DNA of 57,839 nt from Zetaproteobacteria bacterium CG1_02_53_45 (GTDB lineage: Bacteria > Pseudomonadota > Zetaproteobacteria > Mariprofundales > Mariprofundaceae). Below the pieces are notes generated by a model that was not told where the DNA came from, did no database searches, and worked only from the letters and a program-made list of their open reading frames with translations. Each line of letters begins with the position of its first letter. Positions within the stretch are counted from its first letter, which is position 1. Position numbers and translations under genes: made by a program. Positions 50,400 to 57,839 of the stretch are shown here, in pieces. The stretch is taken from the NCBI GenBank assembly GCA_001871925.1, contig MNWZ01000074.1, forward strand, positions 1-57,839. The letters are read 5' to 3'.

Positions 50400-50852
50400 A
50401 TGGCAAACATTCATACCACACCGGTGACCATCATCATGGCTGAAGACGAGGAGGGGCATGCCAAACTGACGCAGAAGAATCTGCAGCGAGCAGGTATCCA
50501 CAATCCCATGCAATGGTGTAAAAATGGTAAGGATGCACTGGATTTCATACTCGGCCGGAATGCCTTTGAAGGCGATCCGCATACACACGATGTACTGCTG
50601 CTGCTGGATCTGAATATGCCGCTACTTGATGGTTATCAGGTACTGGAAAAACTGAAATCAGACAGCCAAACCAAACATATCCCGGTCATCATCCTGACCA
50701 CCACGGATGATGACCGGGAGGTGCGTCGTTGCTATGAAATGGGCTGTAATATCTATATCACCAAGCCGGTTAATTATGCTGAATTCAGCAATGCCATCAA
50801 GGAACTGGGTCTGTTTCTCAGCGTAATCGCCATTCCCGACGGTATAACGTAA
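50400..50852 (+). CDS. Single-domain response regulator, Rcp1-like
   Basis: MAEDE, LLLLDLNMP, IPVIILTT, CYEMGCNIYITKP; RBS GGAGGA. Confidence 0.9.
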   Translation: MANIHTTPVTIIMAEDEEGHAKLTQKNLQRAGIHNPMQWCKNGKDALDFILGRNAFEGDPHTHDVLLLLDLNMPLLDGYQVLEKLKSDSQTKHIPVIILTTTDDDREVRRCYEMGCNIYITKPVNYAEFSNAIKELGLFLSVIAIPDGIT

Positions 50853-50905
50853 CGCGCCAGTCCTATATCCACCTGCAAAGCAGCAACAAACATGCCTGCT
50901 GCCCA

Positions 50906-50934
50906 TTGACACCCCAACTGATTATGACAATGCT
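50906..50934 (+). promoter_or_regulatory. Putative tRNA promoter
   Basis: TTGACA at 50906, 17-nt spacer, weak -10 AATGCT, then GC-rich TCGCGCCG. Confidence 0.4.
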
Positions 50935-50968
50935 TCGCGCCGTCTTCGATACACCTGTGACTTGTTAT

Positions 50969-51055
50969 GCCGGAGTGATGGAATTGGTAGACGTGATGGA
51001 TTCAAAATCCATTGCCCGCAAGGGCGTGCCGGTTCGAGTCCGGCCTTCGGTACCA
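50969..51055 (+). tRNA. tRNA-Leu(CAA)
   Basis: Acceptor GCCGGAG/CTTCGGT, D-loop GAATTGGTAGAC, anticodon arm ATGGA-TTCAAAA-TCCAT (CAA 51003-51005), long variable arm GCCCGCAAGGGC, T-arm GCCGGTTCGAGTCCGGC, encoded CCA. Confidence 0.97.
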
Positions 51056-51061
51056 GCAAGC

Positions 51062-51131
51062 CACATAATGATTATTAATCATTATGGGCGCGATAGTCTA
51101 AACAAGTCTGATGATTAATAATCATTATGTG
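51062..51131. repeat. Perfect 21-bp inverted repeat containing Fur-like half-sites
   Basis: CACATAATGATTATTAATCAT (51062-51082) is the exact reverse complement of 51111-51131; 51064-51086 is itself an 11-1-11 palindrome. Confidence 0.85.
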
Positions 51132-51300
51132 CGCGACAGGAAGAAGTGATTCATCGCTTCTATCTCTCTCCATCACATCAGTTCGACTGGAAGAAGCAAT
51201 TCACCGTTTCTATCTCTCTCCCCACCCAACCATCACCTTTTCAGTTTCATTAAATCAGGCTCGACTGGAAGCAACGATTTTTCGTTTCAATCTACGCCCC
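51131..51300. repeat. Three degenerate direct repeats resembling type I-C CRISPR repeat ends with 18-nt spacers
   Basis: CGAC-N18-G(T/C)TTC(T/A)ATCT at 51134, 51184 and 51262; the third is followed by GTTTCAATCTACGCCCC. The repeats are certain; the CRISPR origin is inference. Confidence 0.55.
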
Positions 51301-51419
51301 TCCCCCTTTCCTTTTGCAATGGCAGCAAATTTGCATATGCCTCTGCAAACAGGCAGCAATGAGCTTGCGGCAACCACTCCGCCCTCTTATGCTCTGCTAT
51401 ACCTGTTCAGGGAGGATTC

Positions 51420-52472
51420 ATGGAAGTATCAGAACTACTGGCATTTACCGTCAAAAATAACGCATCAGACCTGCATCTCTCATCCGGTGAGCCGCCGATG
51501 ATCCGAATCAATGGCGATATGACACGCATTAAAATGCCCGATATCGATCGCCGCGAAGTGCAATCCATGGTCTATGACATCATGAGTGATACGCAGCGCA
51601 AGGCCTTCGAAGAGCATATGGAGCTCGATTTTTCCTTTTCGCTCGGCGACATTGCCCGCTTCCGTGTCAACGTATTCGAGCAACGCCGCGGTATGGGCGC
51701 CGTATTCCGCGTCATTCCCAATGAGGTGCTGACGCTGGAGCAGCTCAAATGCCCGGAAATTTTCAAAGACATTGCCATGACCCCGCGCGGCATCTGTCTG
51801 GTCACTGGACCGACCGGCTCGGGTAAATCCACCACACTTGCCGCCATGGTGAATCACCGCAATGAAAGCGAGAAGGGTCACATTCTTACCATCGAAGACC
51901 CCATCGAGTTTGTGCATAAATCGAAAGCCAGCCTGATTACCCAGCGTGAACTGGGGCCGCACACCCACTCCTTTGCCAATGCCCTGCGCAGCTCCCTGCG
52001 TGAAGATCCCGATGTAATCCTGGTCGGTGAGTTGCGCGATCTGGAAACCATCAGGCTTGCCCTGACGGCAGCTGAAACCGGCCATATGGTATTCGGTACC
52101 CTGCACACCTCCTCGGCTCCGAAAACCATCGACCGTATCATCGATGTTTTCCCGGCGGCTGAGAAAGAGATGGTGCGCTCCATGCTCTCCGAATCGATTC
52201 GGGCGGTGATTTCACAAACACTGCTGAAAACTGCCGACGGCACGAGTCGCGTCGCTGCACATGAAATCATGATCGGCACCCCGGCCATTCGAAACCTGAT
52301 TCGTGAAAATAAAATTGCCCAGATGGTTTCGGTCATGCAGACCTCACAACGTGAAGGCATGCAGACGCTGGATTCCACCCTGCAGAAAATGGTCACCCAG
52401 CGTAAAATAACGCTGCAGGCGGCGCTGGAAAAAGCCAATAACAAGAAGCTGTTTGGCGGCGGCGCGATTTAA
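51420..52472 (+). CDS. pilT: Type IV pilus retraction ATPase PilT
   Basis: ASDLHLS, GPTGSGKSTT, TIEDPIE, LREDPDVILVGELRD, ETGH..FGTLH, AIRNLIRE. Confidence 0.97.
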   Translation: MEVSELLAFTVKNNASDLHLSSGEPPMIRINGDMTRIKMPDIDRREVQSMVYDIMSDTQRKAFEEHMELDFSFSLGDIARFRVNVFEQRRGMGAVFRVIPNEVLTLEQLKCPEIFKDIAMTPRGICLVTGPTGSGKSTTLAAMVNHRNESEKGHILTIEDPIEFVHKSKASLITQRELGPHTHSFANALRSSLREDPDVILVGELRDLETIRLALTAAETGHMVFGTLHTSSAPKTIDRIIDVFPAAEKEMVRSMLSESIRAVISQTLLKTADGTSRVAAHEIMIGTPAIRNLIRENKIAQMVSVMQTSQREGMQTLDSTLQKMVTQRKITLQAALEKANNKKLFGGGAI

Positions 52473-52478
52473 GACGTT

Positions 52479-52650
52479 CACCACCGAAGAGCACGAAGGC
52501 CACAGAGAAAATCTTTTATTTTAACGCGCACTTCGTGGTTGATGAAATGAGAGATGGCAGTGCAATTGTGATCACTACAAAACAACTATAAGTGCCATCA
52601 GTTGACCCCTGACAGTTTTTCTTCGTGAACTTCGTGTGCTTCGTGGTAAA
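52479..52650. mobile_element. MITE/REP-like palindromic element with (CACGAAGnn)3 ends between pilT and pilU
   Basis: Left end CACCGAAGAGCACGAAGGCCACAGAG; right end CTTCGTG x3 at 9-nt spacing (52621, 52630, 52639); internal GATGGCA...TGCCATC inverted pair. Confidence 0.55.
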
Positions 52651-52794
52651 TTGCTGTCTGGCAACGGGAAGTACTGATCTGTTCAACGCTTCCACGCGGC
52701 TCATGCAAGGGCCGCCAGAATCAACGCTGCACATCATGGATTTTGTGAACAAAGAGAACGCAGCTACGGGTTTTCAACTTCAGGAGATAACGGC

Positions 52795-53946
52795 ATGAGC
52801 GAAACGCCACAGCTTAGTATCAAGCAACTGTTGATGGTGATGGATAAAAAAGAGGCCTCAGACCTGTATATCACCGTTGGTTTGTCACCCTCCTACCGCA
52901 TCAACAGCGTGGTCTATGCCTCCAACCTGCCCCAGCTTTCCGCCGCACAGTGTGAAAAACTGGCCAACTCCTGCATGAATGAACGCCAGCGCGCCGCCTT
53001 TGCCGCCGATTACGAGATGAATCTTGCCCTCTCCTTTGCCGACATCGGTCGTTATCGCGTCAACCTGTTCCGCCAGCGCGGCCATGTCGGCATGGTCATC
53101 CGCAAAGTGAAAACTGACGTGCCTACACTGGACGGGCTCGGCTTGCCGCCTGTATTCAAGGATATATCGATGGCTGCTCGCGGTCTGGTATTGATGGTCG
53201 GCGCAACCGGATCAGGCAAATCCACATCACTTGCCGCCATGATTGATCACCGCAACAGTAATCAGGCCGGCCATATCATCACCATTGAAGATCCGATTGA
53301 GTTTATTCACCAGCATAAAAAATCCGTGATCACCCAGCGCGAAGTCGGTACAGATACACTGCAGTATCAGATGGCTCTGAAAAACACGCTCAGACAGGCT
53401 CCCGATGTGATCCTCATCGGTGAAATACGTGACCGTGAAACCATGGAGCATGCACTCTCATTTGCCGAAACCGGACACCTCTGCATGGCCACACTGCATG
53501 CCAACAGTGCCAATCAGGCACTGGAGCGCATCATCAACTTCTTCCCTGAAGAAATCCATCCACAGGTCAGCCTGAATCTGGCCCTGAATATCAAAGCCAT
53601 TCTCTCGCAGCGGCTGGTCAAAACACCGGACGGCAAACGGTGCCCTGCCATAGAAATCCTCATCAACACGCCGCGCATCAGCGACCTGATCGGCAAATGG
53701 GACATTTCTGAAATCAAGGAGAGCATGGCAGCCGGTAAAAACTACGGCATGCAGACCTTCGACCAGAGCCTGCTTGAGTTGTGGCTGGCAGGCCACATCA
53801 CCGAAGACGAAGCGCTGCGCCACGCCGACTCGGTGAATAACCTGCGCCTGCAGATCAAGATGGTGAATTTAAAGGATCATGGCGGCGATGCCCACGATCT
53901 GGAGCAGCTTTCCGGCAACATTGATGCCGGAGACCTGCACATCTGA
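52795..53946 (+). CDS. pilU: Type IV pilus ATPase PilU
   Basis: ASDLYIT, GATGSGKSTSLAAMI, ALKNTLRQAPDVILIGEIRD, ETGHLCMATLHANSANQALERIINFF, GMQTFDQSL. Confidence 0.93.
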   Translation: MSETPQLSIKQLLMVMDKKEASDLYITVGLSPSYRINSVVYASNLPQLSAAQCEKLANSCMNERQRAAFAADYEMNLALSFADIGRYRVNLFRQRGHVGMVIRKVKTDVPTLDGLGLPPVFKDISMAARGLVLMVGATGSGKSTSLAAMIDHRNSNQAGHIITIEDPIEFIHQHKKSVITQREVGTDTLQYQMALKNTLRQAPDVILIGEIRDRETMEHALSFAETGHLCMATLHANSANQALERIINFFPEEIHPQVSLNLALNIKAILSQRLVKTPDGKRCPAIEILINTPRISDLIGKWDISEIKESMAAGKNYGMQTFDQSLLELWLAGHITEDEALRHADSVNNLRLQIKMVNLKDHGGDAHDLEQLSGNIDAGDLHI

Positions 53947-55037
53947 TGACAACCAGACATCTGATCGACGAGCTGCTGCTCGTGGCCAACAAAAACAGCG
54001 CTTCGGACCTGATTGTGCGCACCGGCGACCGCGTACGCATGCGTATCAACGGCGCCATTGTCACTGTTTCACCCGAACGCATTCCTGAAATTAATCAGGG
54101 CCAGGCTGTGGATATGATCAGGCACCTGCTGCGCGAGTTACCCCACAAACCGGATATCGACACATTGAACAGTTTCGACTTCCACTATTCGCTGGCCGAT
54201 ATATCGCATTACCGCATTCATGTGATGCGCACCAACAATAATTTCGGCATCGTGGCCCGATTGATCCCGCAGCAGATTCCGGAATTTGATGAACTGCGCC
54301 TGCCGGAAGTATTTAACGATATCATCCAGTACCGCAACGGCATCATTCTGATGGCAGGTGCTGCTGGTTCGGGCAAAAGCACATCTTTGGCCTCGATGCT
54401 CAACCACATCATTCAACAGCGGCCAGTGCATGCAGTCACGCTGGAAGATCCGATCGAATTCCGCTACAGCACGACACATAAAGGCACGGTGAGTCAGCGC
54501 GAAATCGGCATGGATGTGGACAGTTACAAACAGGGGCTAATTGATGCCATGCGCGAAACCCCCAACATCATTGTCGCCGGTGAAGCGCGCGGCCGCGAAG
54601 AGATCCAGCTGGCCATTGAAGCCAGTGAAACCGGCCACCTTGTTATGGCGACCGTGCATGCCACCACTGCCATCGGCACCATGCAGCGCATCATGGCCTC
54701 ATTCGGCAAGGATGAGCAGGCCGGTATCCGCGAACGGCTGGCTGAAAACCTGCGCGCCATCATAGTGCAGAAACTGCTGCCTCTGAAAAACGGTAAAGGG
54801 CGCATCGTGGCACTGGAGATCATGATCAAGAATTCGGTCATTAAGCATTTTATTCTCGATCAGGGCCACTGGAGTGAAATCCCGCGCGCCATGGAAGAGG
54901 GACATAACCTGTATGGCTCGCAGAGCTTTGATCAGCATCTGCAGACGCTGGTTGAAAACGATCTGATCTCCTACGAGGAAGCCGTTGTGAATGCCGTATT
55001 CCCTGAGGATTTTGCCATTCGCCTGGGGCATGACTGA
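53946..55037 (+). CDS. Third, divergent PilT/PilU-family ATPase
   Basis: ASDLIV, GAAGSGKST, TLEDPIE, IIVAGEAR, ETGHLVMATVH, SQSFDQHL; start overlaps the pilU stop. Confidence 0.88.
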   Translation: MTTRHLIDELLLVANKNSASDLIVRTGDRVRMRINGAIVTVSPERIPEINQGQAVDMIRHLLRELPHKPDIDTLNSFDFHYSLADISHYRIHVMRTNNNFGIVARLIPQQIPEFDELRLPEVFNDIIQYRNGIILMAGAAGSGKSTSLASMLNHIIQQRPVHAVTLEDPIEFRYSTTHKGTVSQREIGMDVDSYKQGLIDAMRETPNIIVAGEARGREEIQLAIEASETGHLVMATVHATTAIGTMQRIMASFGKDEQAGIRERLAENLRAIIVQKLLPLKNGKGRIVALEIMIKNSVIKHFILDQGHWSEIPRAMEEGHNLYGSQSFDQHLQTLVENDLISYEEAVVNAVFPEDFAIRLGHD

Positions 55038-55052
55038 TCAGATGGCCTGAGA

Positions 55053-55685
55053 TCACTGTGGCCTGACATCAAAACGGCTCAAGTTGCGGATGGCATGGCG
55101 AATCAACTGTGTATCATCACGAATCGCTTCCCTGCCCTCTTTTCCCTGTGGCATCACCATGACTTCCCCGAGTACAACCCTGGCACGACTGCGCCGGTAA
55201 AACGGCCGCCACAGATGGATATGATCAAACGGCCATACGCCTGAAATACGGAACGGAATGATCGGTGCCGCTGTTGCACGCGCAATCATCGCAGCACCGG
55301 GCAGAATCTTGTGCAACGGTATCGGCGGATTAGCCGCCCCTTCCGGAAAAATACACAGCACATTGCCCTGCTGCACTGCCTCAATAGCTTTCTGCAATGC
55401 CTGCCTGTTGGCGCCGCCCGGATTCACCGGAATGACGCCAACCATGTCGAGACCCCAGCGCACATACCACATGCTGCGGTAATACTCGCGTGACATAAGA
55501 AAGCACAATGGCCGATTTACAGTTGCCTGAATGAGCAAAGGATCGAGACCACAGATATGGTTACCGACCAGAATCAGCGGCCCGTCCGGCAGCTTCACCA
55601 CCTCTCTGGACAAACGGTGCCAGCTCCGGCAAATCAGCCGATCAACAGCACGCAAAAAGGCATTTGGCCCTCTCGGATCAGTCAC
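55053..55685 (-). CDS. Lysophospholipid acyltransferase (PlsC-like)
   Basis: VGNHICGLD (HX4D) and IFPEG motifs. Confidence 0.85.
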   Translation of the reverse strand: MTDPRGPNAFLRAVDRLICRSWHRLSREVVKLPDGPLILVGNHICGLDPLLIQATVNRPLCFLMSREYYRSMWYVRWGLDMVGVIPVNPGGANRQALQKAIEAVQQGNVLCIFPEGAANPPIPLHKILPGAAMIARATAAPIIPFRISGVWPFDHIHLWRPFYRRSRARVVLGEVMVMPQGKEGREAIRDDTQLIRHAIRNLSRFDVRPQ

Positions 55686-55901
55686 ATATTCCCCTTATGC
55701 ACTTCATGACTAACAGAGTGCCGTAGCACACTAATCTTTTCAATAATGATTGCCCATCAAATGACGAACGACTACGCATTACTGACTTCAATCACCGGGC
55801 TGAGCCCGATTCAGTCGCGCAAAACCTTGCAAAAATTTGATTTACGTCTATAAACCTATATTCAATGTGTGTATATCCTGCTGCAGGAAGGTTGAAATAT
55901 A

Positions 55902-57572
55902 GTGAGTGACCCCCAAAATCATATCAACGAGCGCTCAGACTCGAAGTTTGATCTACCTCAAACAGTGCCGAATGAGCGGATTGATGAATTACTGGAACTC
56001 AACAGGAAACTGCAAGATGAAATAGTTGAACGTGAAAGCAGCGAATCGCAACTAAGGAAATTGTCCCTGGCAGTTGAACATGCCGGTGATGTTATTCTCA
56101 TCACCGATGATCAGGCCAACATCGAATATGTAAATCCGGCATTCACGCAGATCACCGGTTATCAGGTTGCAGAAGTAATCGGGAAAAACCCGCGTATTCT
56201 CAAAAGCCATGCACAGGATGCATCTGTGTATGCAGAGCTGTGGCAGACAATAAGCAGCGGGAATACGTGGCGCGGATCAATGATTGAACGCCGCAAGGAC
56301 GGATCCTTCTACCCGGCCAATATCTCAATTGCACCGATTAAAAACAGCGCTGGAACCATCACCCATTATGTCTCCATTCAACATGACGCCTCCGAGCGCC
56401 AGGAGCTTGAAGAGCGCATGCGTGAATCGCAGAAGATGGAGGCGTTAGGTGTACTGGTTGGCGGAATCGCCCACGATTTCAATAACATGCTGGCCGGACT
56501 GATCGGCAATCTGTTTATCGCCAGACGGAAACTGGCGGCCAACTCACCGGCGCTGGACAATCTTGCCAATGCCGAGCAGATCACCAAAGCGGCATCCGAA
56601 ATGGTCATCCAACTATTAAGGTATGCCCGCAGGGATGAAATTCAAATGCAGCCGTTCGCTTTCATCCCTTTTATCAGCGAGGCAGCAAAACTGGCAAAAA
56701 TCAGTGTCCCGGAAGATATTGAGGTGATATCAAAACTCTGCAACGACGAACTGATTGTGCAGGCAGATGCCACCCAGATGCAGCAGATCATCATGAACCT
56801 GTTCAACAATGCGCGCGATGCCCTGATTGACAAGGGTGGCGCAGAGAAAACCATCACACTGGAGATAGCCACCTACACTCCGGACATCGGATTCAAACAA
56901 CGCTTCCCCACCATCACTGCGGAAAAAATGATACATATGTCGGTCAGCGATAATGGTTGCGGTATCCCTGCTGAGCAAATTGACCGGGTCATGGAGCCCT
57001 TTTTCACCACCAAGGGCGTGGGCAAAGGCACCGGACTGGGCCTGTCCATGGTCAATGGGTCAATTCGTGCTCACGGTGGCTTGCTGGACATCTCCAGCCA
57101 ACCGGGTGTTGGAACCACGGTTCATATTTACCTGCCACTAAGCAGATCATTCATATCAGGCGATCAACAACCGCATGATGCCAAAGTTTATTATGGCACG
57201 GGTGAATGTATCCTGATTGTAGATGATGACCCGGTCGTGCGTATGTCCGGACGCAGCGTGCTTGAAAATCTCGGTTACAAGGTTCTGGAGGCCAGCGACG
57301 GGTATGAGGCGGTACAAACCTATATGCGCCACCGCCATGATATTCATCTGGTGATTCTCGATCTGGTGATGCCTCGTCTGGGCGGTGTACAGGCAGCAGC
57401 ACGCATGCAGGAGGTCAATCCGCATCTGCACACTATCTTCATCACCAGCTACGAAGAAACATCACTGCAGCAGCACCGGCCAAAAGCAGGTGCAATTACA
57501 CTATCCAAGCCCTACTCGATTCATCACCTGAGTCAGGTCGTACATAACCAGCTAGGAGCCTGTCGGACTTAG
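55902..57572 (+). CDS. Cytoplasmic PAS hybrid histidine kinase/receiver
   Basis: Coiled coil, PAS (YVNPAFTQITGY...GKNPRILKS), GGIAHDFNN, NLFNNARDA, FFTTKGVGKGTGLGL, REC LDLVMP; last codons lie inside a MITE. Confidence 0.92.
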   Translation: MSDPQNHINERSDSKFDLPQTVPNERIDELLELNRKLQDEIVERESSESQLRKLSLAVEHAGDVILITDDQANIEYVNPAFTQITGYQVAEVIGKNPRILKSHAQDASVYAELWQTISSGNTWRGSMIERRKDGSFYPANISIAPIKNSAGTITHYVSIQHDASERQELEERMRESQKMEALGVLVGGIAHDFNNMLAGLIGNLFIARRKLAANSPALDNLANAEQITKAASEMVIQLLRYARRDEIQMQPFAFIPFISEAAKLAKISVPEDIEVISKLCNDELIVQADATQMQQIIMNLFNNARDALIDKGGAEKTITLEIATYTPDIGFKQRFPTITAEKMIHMSVSDNGCGIPAEQIDRVMEPFFTTKGVGKGTGLGLSMVNGSIRAHGGLLDISSQPGVGTTVHIYLPLSRSFISGDQQPHDAKVYYGTGECILIVDDDPVVRMSGRSVLENLGYKVLEASDGYEAVQTYMRHRHDIHLVILDLVMPRLGGVQAAARMQEVNPHLHTIFITSYEETSLQQHRPKAGAITLSKPYSIHHLSQVVHNQLGACRT

Positions 57573-57720
57573 GGTGATCGTAGCGAGCAGGTGGGGGGGC
57601 GAGTCAAAAATAGCATGATTTTGAGGCACATAGTGGTAACTATGTAACGATAAATCAGGATGTTTTTGGCCGCTATCCCTGCCGCGCAGTAGATTTCTCA
57701 TAAGTCCGACAGACTCCTAG
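57552..57720. mobile_element. 169-bp MITE with terminal inverted repeats and CTAG ends
   Basis: CTAGGAGCCTGTCGGACTTA ... TAAGTCCGACAGACTCCTAG (19/20 inverted match); internal palindromy (ACATAGT-GGT-AACTATGT core); no transposase inside. Confidence 0.85.
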
Positions 57721-57839
57721 ATAACTACAAATGTACCATAAACGTTGGGAATTCAGGCCTACTTTATTGATGCAATATCCTTAACCGGACAGCAATGTCC
57801 CCCGCCATATGCCTTCACACAATAATTGTGGTTCAGGTC

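Noticed and set aside
51030-51055. Integrative element using tRNA-Leu as attB
   Set aside because: No integrase, and I did not find a duplicate of the tRNA 3' end elsewhere in the window by eye.
51131-51315. Calling this a bona fide CRISPR array
   Set aside because: Repeats are degenerate and unequal (32 and 60 nt), spacers are short and mutually similar, and no cas genes or leader are visible; kept only as CRISPR-resembling.
51127-51501. 124-aa ORF across the repeats upstream of pilT
   Set aside because: Overlaps pilT out of frame, lacks an RBS, and its repeated peptides only mirror the DNA repeats.
52516-52752. 78-aa minus-strand ORF containing TTKHTKFTK
   Set aside because: The peptide periodicity is just the translation of the CACGAAG repeats; no coding evidence.

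Overview
A mostly chromosomal, housekeeping-rich proteobacterial window. The mix of beta/gamma-type gene clusters, RNase J, SQR and many PAS/hybrid kinases suggests a Mariprofundus-like zetaproteobacterium, but that is inference only. In order: an AT-richer czcI-like/czcCBA heavy-metal RND efflux block; sqr with an unannotated 54-aa downstream ORF; a lipoprotein; the rnj-ftsK-lolA-fadL-like-rarA-crcB run; pyrE; a hybrid histidine kinase broken by one in-frame TAG; lptG; suhB; an RpfC-like hybrid kinase; glyA-nrdR-leuB-asd-fimV-(ecfT-like)-truA; mutL-CPA2 antiporter-miaA-hflX with no hfq; cNMP-binding, parvulin and DsbA-like genes; ubiH and a ubiI-like gene; a signalling island (two tandem REC-PAS-GGDEF-EAL genes divergent from an UrtA/AmiC-like lipoprotein + Cache/HAMP kinase + Rcp1-like receiver); tRNA-Leu(CAA); pilT-pilU-pilT-like; plsC-like; and a PAS hybrid kinase whose 3' end is supplied by a 169-bp MITE. 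The most unusual signals are (i) degenerate type I-C CRISPR-repeat-like units with exactly 18-nt 'spacers' plus a 21-bp perfect inverted repeat between tRNA-Leu and pilT, with no cas genes in the window, and (ii) the transporter-less UrtA-like protein wired to a kinase/c-di-GMP module. All calls come from reading motifs by eye; no database searches were run.
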